From Scyliorhinus canicula (taxonomy: Eukaryota), in assembly GCF_902713615.1 (NCBI RefSeq), contig NC_052151.1:85301073-85365072 (forward strand): a DNA stretch of 64,000 bases, written 5' to 3'. Made by a program: the position numbers and the translations under genes. Positions 60,801 through 64,000 of this stretch are shown piece after piece. The notes under the pieces were generated by a model. The model was given only the letters and a program-made list of their open reading frames with translations, was not told the origin of the DNA and did not search any database. How positions within the stretch are numbered: position 1 is the first letter of the stretch; each line of letters begins with the position of its first letter.

Positions 60801-63077
60801 CAAAGTGTAAAATAAACAAACCCCATTTCTTGTGGAACCCTTCGTCTGCCCCTCTCAGAGCAAATTTCACCTTCCCCAAGTATAGGAACTCCATTACATA
60901 CCCCAGTCACCCAGAGGCACATCAAGGGAAAAGCTGACCACCCCTACAGAACCCGCCTGCGAGCGATCAACAAGGCTAAGACGAGGGCAGCACGTTGGCC
61001 TTGTGGTTAGCACTGCTGCCTCACAGCACTTGAGGTCCCAGGTTCAATCCCGGCTCTGGGTCACTGTTTGTGTGGAGTTTGCATATTCTCCCCGTGTCTG
61101 CGTAGGTTTCGCCCCCACAACCCAAAAATGTGCAGAGAGGTGGATTGGCCACACTAAATTGCCCCTTATTTGGAAAAAATTATTGGGTAACCTAAATTTA
61201 AAATAAAAAAACAAGGCCAAGGCACCCATCTGCAACCTCGGCAAGTTTGACACTCCGAATATGGTTTCCAGGGACCAGGCTACAAATGTCACCTGTCGGA
61301 CCTCTGGTGCTGAAAACTAGGCCTCTTCCGCAACGCTTGCAGCTATTCTCTACCCCATCAAACAGCCGGCTCATCCTCGCCTTCGCTAAGTGTGCCTAGT
61401 GCACCACTTTTAATTGAATCAATCCCAGCCTCGTCCACGAGGTTGAGGCGTTAACCCTCTGCAGCGCCTCGCACCATAGCCCCTCCTCCAATACCATCCC
61501 AGCTCCTCTTCCCACCTGTCTGTAATCCATTCCATGGACACCTTATCTTCCTCCATGATCCTCTTGTAAATCGTGGAAATGACTCTAACCTCCAGCCCCA
61601 TCACCGACAGCCCCTCCTCCAGGAACAAAGAGGAGTGCCGCTGGAAAGCTCGGATGTTCCACACTTGCATGTATCTAAAGCCCTCCTCACAGTGGAGCCC
61701 AGACTCATCCTCTTCGCTAACCCCCCCCCCCCCCCCCCCCACCACACTCCAAGCTCGCAACCCGCCCCTCAAAAATAAATCCTTACCCCTCTCCTGGCAT
61801 CCATTCTCCCCGGCTCAAATCCACTGTTCCCTTCAATCAGCTTCATTCTCAAGCCTGCCCTCAACTTAAAGTACTGTGGGAATTGCCTCCAAATCATCAG
61901 CGTGGCTACCACAACAGGACAACAGCCTCACGGCGACGAGGTCCCAGGTTCAATCCCGGCTTTGGGTCACTGTCCGTGTGGAGTTTGCACATTCTCCCCG
62001 TGTTTGTGTGGGTTTTGCCCCCACAACCCAAATATGTGCAGGGTAGGTGGATTGGCCAGGCTAAATTGCCCCTTAGTTGCAAAATAATGAATTGGGTACT
62101 CTAAATAAAAAAAAAAGAGAGTTGGGAGAGGAGGTGGGAGCCGGGATATGGGCTGAGGCTTTGCGGAGGGTGAATGCGTCCTTGTTATGTGCAAGTCGCC
62201 CCTCCTCCACCTTGGGAAACTCGAACCCATCCAGGAATCCTCATCCCCTCATCCAGTTTAAAGTGGTGCATATGATGGTGGCAAGGATGAGCAGGTTTCT
62301 TTGTGGAAGTGAAGGATAGGTGTTTGGGGGGGGGGGGGTCTGTGATTCACGTCCACATGTTTTTGGCATGTCCAGGGTGAAGGGGAGTTCTCAGATATTA
62401 TGTCCAAGGTTCTGGGGGTGAAGGTGTCCCCGAGTCAAAGGTCTCTATATTTGGTGTGTCAGAAGACCCGGCAGTGCAGGGGGGAGAGGGAGAGGGACTG
62501 ATGTATTGGCGTTTGCTCCTTGATAGCCCGGAGACGGATTTTGTAATGTTGAAGGGACTTTGAGCCGCCAAAGGCAGGGAGGTGAGTGAGCAACCTGGCA
62601 GAATTGCTGTGGTTAGAGAAGATCAAGTTCACCCTGCTGGAAGTGAAGGGTTCACTTGGTGGTGGAAACCGTTCATCGATTTCTTCAAGGAGGAATGAGG
62701 GGTCAACGAGGGGGAGGGTGGCTTTCGGGGGGGGGGGGGGGATTAAAAGGGGAAGGCGGGACGTGGCACAGTGTCAGGGGGCTGGAGTTTGTTGGATTGG
62801 TGTTCTTATGCTCTTTGGTTGTTCTTTTGATATTTTGTATATTTATATTTTGTTGAAAAGCCTTGAATAAAAGAGTAATGCTGATGACCACTTGTGGTAT
62901 TTACCTTGGTCATTTATTGGTATTCTTTTTGTTGCCATTTTTCAGGATGCAGGTCAAAAACATTTTGGAGCTGTGATGTGCAAGTCCTGTGGAATGATTT
63001 ATACAGCGGCCAGCCCTGAGGATGAAGCACAACATATTCAGCATCACCAAAGATTTCTAGAAGGACTCCGTTACGTG
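30865..63077 (+). CDS. ESCO2: N-acetyltransferase ESCO2 (establishment of sister chromatid cohesion 2), 5' partial. Secure exons: 38616-39639, 54835-54910, 56557-56617, 59080-59221, 62946-63077. Start uncertain (ATG 30865 in exon 1, stop-interrupted exon 37143-37195, or ATG 38734)
   Basis: ESCO2-specific motifs [20 protein letters not shown] and IYPIF, PIP-like [13 protein letters not shown], and zinc finger CKSCGMIY...HIQHH; consistent splice phases; synteny with CCDC25. Confidence 0.95.
31125..31437 (-). mobile_element. V-SINE (HE1-like)
   Basis: Full head ggggcagcacggtagc and V-domain. Confidence 0.85.
31740..32075 (-). mobile_element. V-SINE (HE1-like) inserted in a CR1 fragment
   Basis: Head, V-domain and CR1-like tail. 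Confidence 0.85.
32081..33059 (+). repeat. ~980-bp direct duplicate of 27383-28370
   Basis: Near-identical sequence including unique DNA, SINE with TSD and L1 5' junction. Confidence 0.95.
33110..33897 (-). mobile_element. CR1 LINE fragment
   Basis: [36 protein letters not shown]. Confidence 0.85.
34145..34830 (+). mobile_element. CR1 LINE 3' fragment with nested short SINE (34530-34718)
   Basis: [25 protein letters not shown]. Confidence 0.85.
34835..35666 (-). mobile_element. L1-clade 5' UTR plus ORF1 remnant
   Basis: [21 protein letters not shown] (L1 ORF1p motif); homologous to 57180-57845. Confidence 0.8.
37143..37195 (+). other. ESCO2: Ancestral ESCO2 first coding exon ([16 protein letters not shown]) with in-frame TGA
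   Basis: Aligns with human N-terminus MAALTPRKRKQDSLKCD; 53 coding nt, phase-2 donor TG|GTAAAT; TGA at 37158-37160. Confidence 0.85.
37260..38091. mobile_element. Harbinger-like MITE
   Basis: ggctggattctc...gagaatcccgtcc termini; homologous in inverted orientation to 59870-60664. Confidence 0.7.
38616..39639 (+). CDS. ESCO2: ESCO2 large exon 3 (1024 nt; KEN box, Box A, Box B)
   Basis: ttttcaacag acceptor; open frame including ORF 38734-39648; KEN at 38770-38778; donor AAA|GTAAGA, phase 0. Confidence 0.95.
41090..41490 (+). mobile_element. CR1 LINE 3' end
   Basis: [22 protein letters not shown]. Confidence 0.85.
41771..42280. mobile_element. Harbinger-like MITE fragment
   Basis: CpG-rich; right TIR gaatcccaccc. 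Confidence 0.6.
42683..43350 (-). mobile_element. CR1 LINE 3' fragment
   Basis: Typical cataagaaatagga tail on + strand; RPHLEY-like region. Confidence 0.75.
43640..44220 (+). mobile_element. CR1/L2-group LINE 3' fragment (second copy on minus strand ~35860-36585)
   Basis: [17 protein letters not shown]...[12 protein letters not shown] thumb-region motif. Confidence 0.75.
44496..45064. mobile_element. Solo LTR-like element
   Basis: Starts TGTTA, ends TGACC; flanks atct/gtct (imperfect 4-bp TSD); no coding content. Confidence 0.5.
45280..46292 (-). mobile_element. Solo LTR (~1 kb)
   Basis: TG...CA termini, flanks accc/cccc, TATAAA and AATAAA on minus strand; homologous to 50837-51490. Confidence 0.7.
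46844..47160 (+). mobile_element. V-SINE (copies 13463-13745, 25052-25310, 39995-40225, 52622-52935)
   Basis: Head, V-domain and CR1-type tail ggcctcctcctgcact. Confidence 0.82.
47643..47858. mobile_element. Palindromic element, probably Penelope-terminus derived (second family)
   Basis: About 85-bp inverted arms; 15-bp TSD tgcatttaaataaca (47628-47642, 47859-47873); single-arm relatives at 55280-55410, ~58180-58260, ~27430-27530, ~52260-52370. Confidence 0.75.
48237..50836 (-). mobile_element. CR1 LINE (endonuclease and RT remnants)
   Basis: [39 protein letters not shown] motifs in minus-strand ORFs. Confidence 0.92.
50837..51490 (-). mobile_element. Truncated LTR related to 45280-46292
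   Basis: Shared blocks gtgtgcttaacact, ggagtcg.caggtg, aataaaac..tacacc.attagtaagt. Confidence 0.65.
51605..51976. mobile_element. hAT (Charlie-like) non-autonomous element
   Basis: Perfect 16-bp TIR caggggtgggcaaact; 8-bp TSD atctaaat; inserted in a CR1 fragment. Confidence 0.92.
54835..54910 (+). CDS. ESCO2: ESCO2 exon 4 ([25 protein letters not shown])
   Basis: Long pyrimidine tract and AG; donor G|GTAACC; phase 0 to 1 bridges exons 3 and 5; poorly conserved at protein level. Confidence 0.75.
56257..56390 (+). ncRNA. Candidate intronic C/D-box snoRNA-like RNA
   Basis: ATGATGA 56266-56272, CTGA 56381-56384, TTGA/TCAA ends, 14/15-bp internal stem. Confidence 0.3.
56557..56617 (+). CDS. 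ESCO2: ESCO2 exon 5 ([21 protein letters not shown], Box C)
   Basis: tttcag acceptor, AG|GTACAA donor, YPIF motif. Confidence 0.93.
57180..57845 (+). mobile_element. L1-clade 5' UTR plus ORF1 N-terminal remnant
   Basis: Coiled coil followed by [20 protein letters not shown] in ORF 57415; truncated at ~57845. Confidence 0.85.
58380..58800. mobile_element. Harbinger-like MITE fragment
   Basis: Left TIR gggctagattct; CpG-rich; truncated by a SINE fragment. Confidence 0.6.
59080..59221 (+). CDS. ESCO2: ESCO2 exon 6 (...KIFSDQLII)
   Basis: tttag acceptor, GTAAGC donor, ends in conserved DQLII. Confidence 0.93.
59870..60664. mobile_element. Harbinger-like MITE
   Basis: TIRs gggtgggattct / agaatcccgccc; 3-bp TSD AAT. 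Confidence 0.78.
60800..61920 (-). mobile_element. L1-clade ORF2 3' fragment with nested V-SINE (60984-61210)
   Basis: FRYMQV...IYKRIMEE...WEEELG homologous to the 28.3-28.5 kb element. Confidence 0.75.
62116..62875 (+). mobile_element. L1-clade ORF2 3' end
   Basis: [35 protein letters not shown]; AATAAA 62866-62871. Confidence 0.75.
62946..63077 (+). CDS. ESCO2: ESCO2 exon 7 (C2H2 zinc finger)
   Basis: [44 protein letters not shown]; 132 nt, phase 0-0. Confidence 0.97.
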
Positions 63078-63179
63078 GTATGAGAGGTTTTATTAAATAT
63101 AATCTTTGTCCAAAATAAAGGTTTTGAATTTCTCTAAAATATATCTGAAATGTAACATTCTACTAGTTGATCTCCCATG

Positions 63180-64000
63180 GTTTTAGCATTTAACATTTTA
63201 CAAAATAAAAACATTACACCCCCAGATACAATAACCCCTGTACTACCCCACACAGTTGACGGTAACTAACTCTCCGTAATGCAAAATAAACAGGCCCCAT
63301 ATCTTGCGGACCTCCTCATTTGCCCCTCCCCAGAGCAAATTTCAGCTTCTCAAGATGAAAGCACTCATTGGATCCTCAGCTACGCCGAGGCACAGGGTGG
63401 AGCAGCTGACCTCCACCACAACAGAACTTGCCTGTGAGCGATCAACAAAGGGAAGGCTAAAATAGCTGTCCTCGCCGCTCCCGTCTGCAACTGGGGCAGG
63501 TTTGACACCCCGAGTATGGCCCGCATAGGATCCAGCTCCAAATCCACATGCAAGATCGTCAACATGATGCTGAAAAACGACCCCCAAAATTTCTCCAACT
63601 TCAGGCAGGACCAGCACATGATTAGCTGGGACCCTCCCACACCGTTAGCAAGTATCATCTACCCCCCTTAAACAGCCGGTTCATCCTTGACTTCTTCAAA
63701 TGCGCCCTGTGCACTACCTTCAACTGTATCAACCTCAGTCTGAAGCCGAGGTTGAGGAATTCATTCTCCGCAACGCCTCACCACAGTCCAACCTCCAGCA
63801 CCATCCCCAACTTCTCCCGCTTGGCCTTGAACTCCTCCATAGACACCTTATGCTCCTCCAAAATACTCAGAAATCTCAGAGGACCCTACCCTCTGAATCT
63901 ATTACCGACAGCACCTCCAACAACAAGGAGGCAGGCAGGCACTATCAGAACCTTTCTAGCAAAGTCCCGCACCTGCATATACCAAAAGTTCTCGTGCAGA
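63180..64000 (-). mobile_element. L1-clade ORF2 3' end, continues beyond window
   Basis: IMCWSCLKLEKFW...ILLWWRSAAPP-like in minus ORF. Confidence 0.75.

Noticed and set aside
1-64000. CRISPR array, prokaryotic operon or defence system
   Set aside because: Eukaryotic intron-exon DNA; no regularly spaced repeats or long uninterrupted non-TE ORFs other than ESCO2 exon 3.

Overview
Repeat-rich vertebrate genomic DNA. The V-SINE/HE1-like, Deu-SINE, CR1 and Penelope repertoire suggests a cartilaginous fish, probably a shark (inference). Two genes sit head-to-head around a CpG-rich bidirectional promoter at about 30.1-30.9 kb. CCDC25 is complete on the minus strand (9 coding exons, 30104 to 12175, 208 aa, all GT-AG and phase-consistent). 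The 5' part of ESCO2 is on the plus strand (through the C2H2 zinc-finger exon ending at 63077; the acetyltransferase exons lie beyond the window). Most remaining sequence is decayed TEs: CR1, L2, L1-clade, Penelope-like, SINEs, Harbinger-like and hAT MITEs, and solo LTRs. Main observations: (1) the ancestral ESCO2 start exon has an in-frame TGA at codon 6 and a poor acceptor, while an ATG in exon 1 is in frame with exon 3, suggesting N-terminus replacement; (2) a duplicated CCDC25 terminal exon has a 1-nt-shifted acceptor, its own AATAAA and would encode a hydrophobic tail; (3) Penelope termini carry minimal hammerhead ribozymes, and fold-back elements are centred on them; (4) a ~1 kb direct duplication flanks the shared promoter; (5) there is a C/D-box snoRNA-like structure in ESCO2 intron 4. 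All calls come from reading the sequence by eye; TE boundaries are approximate unless a TSD is given.
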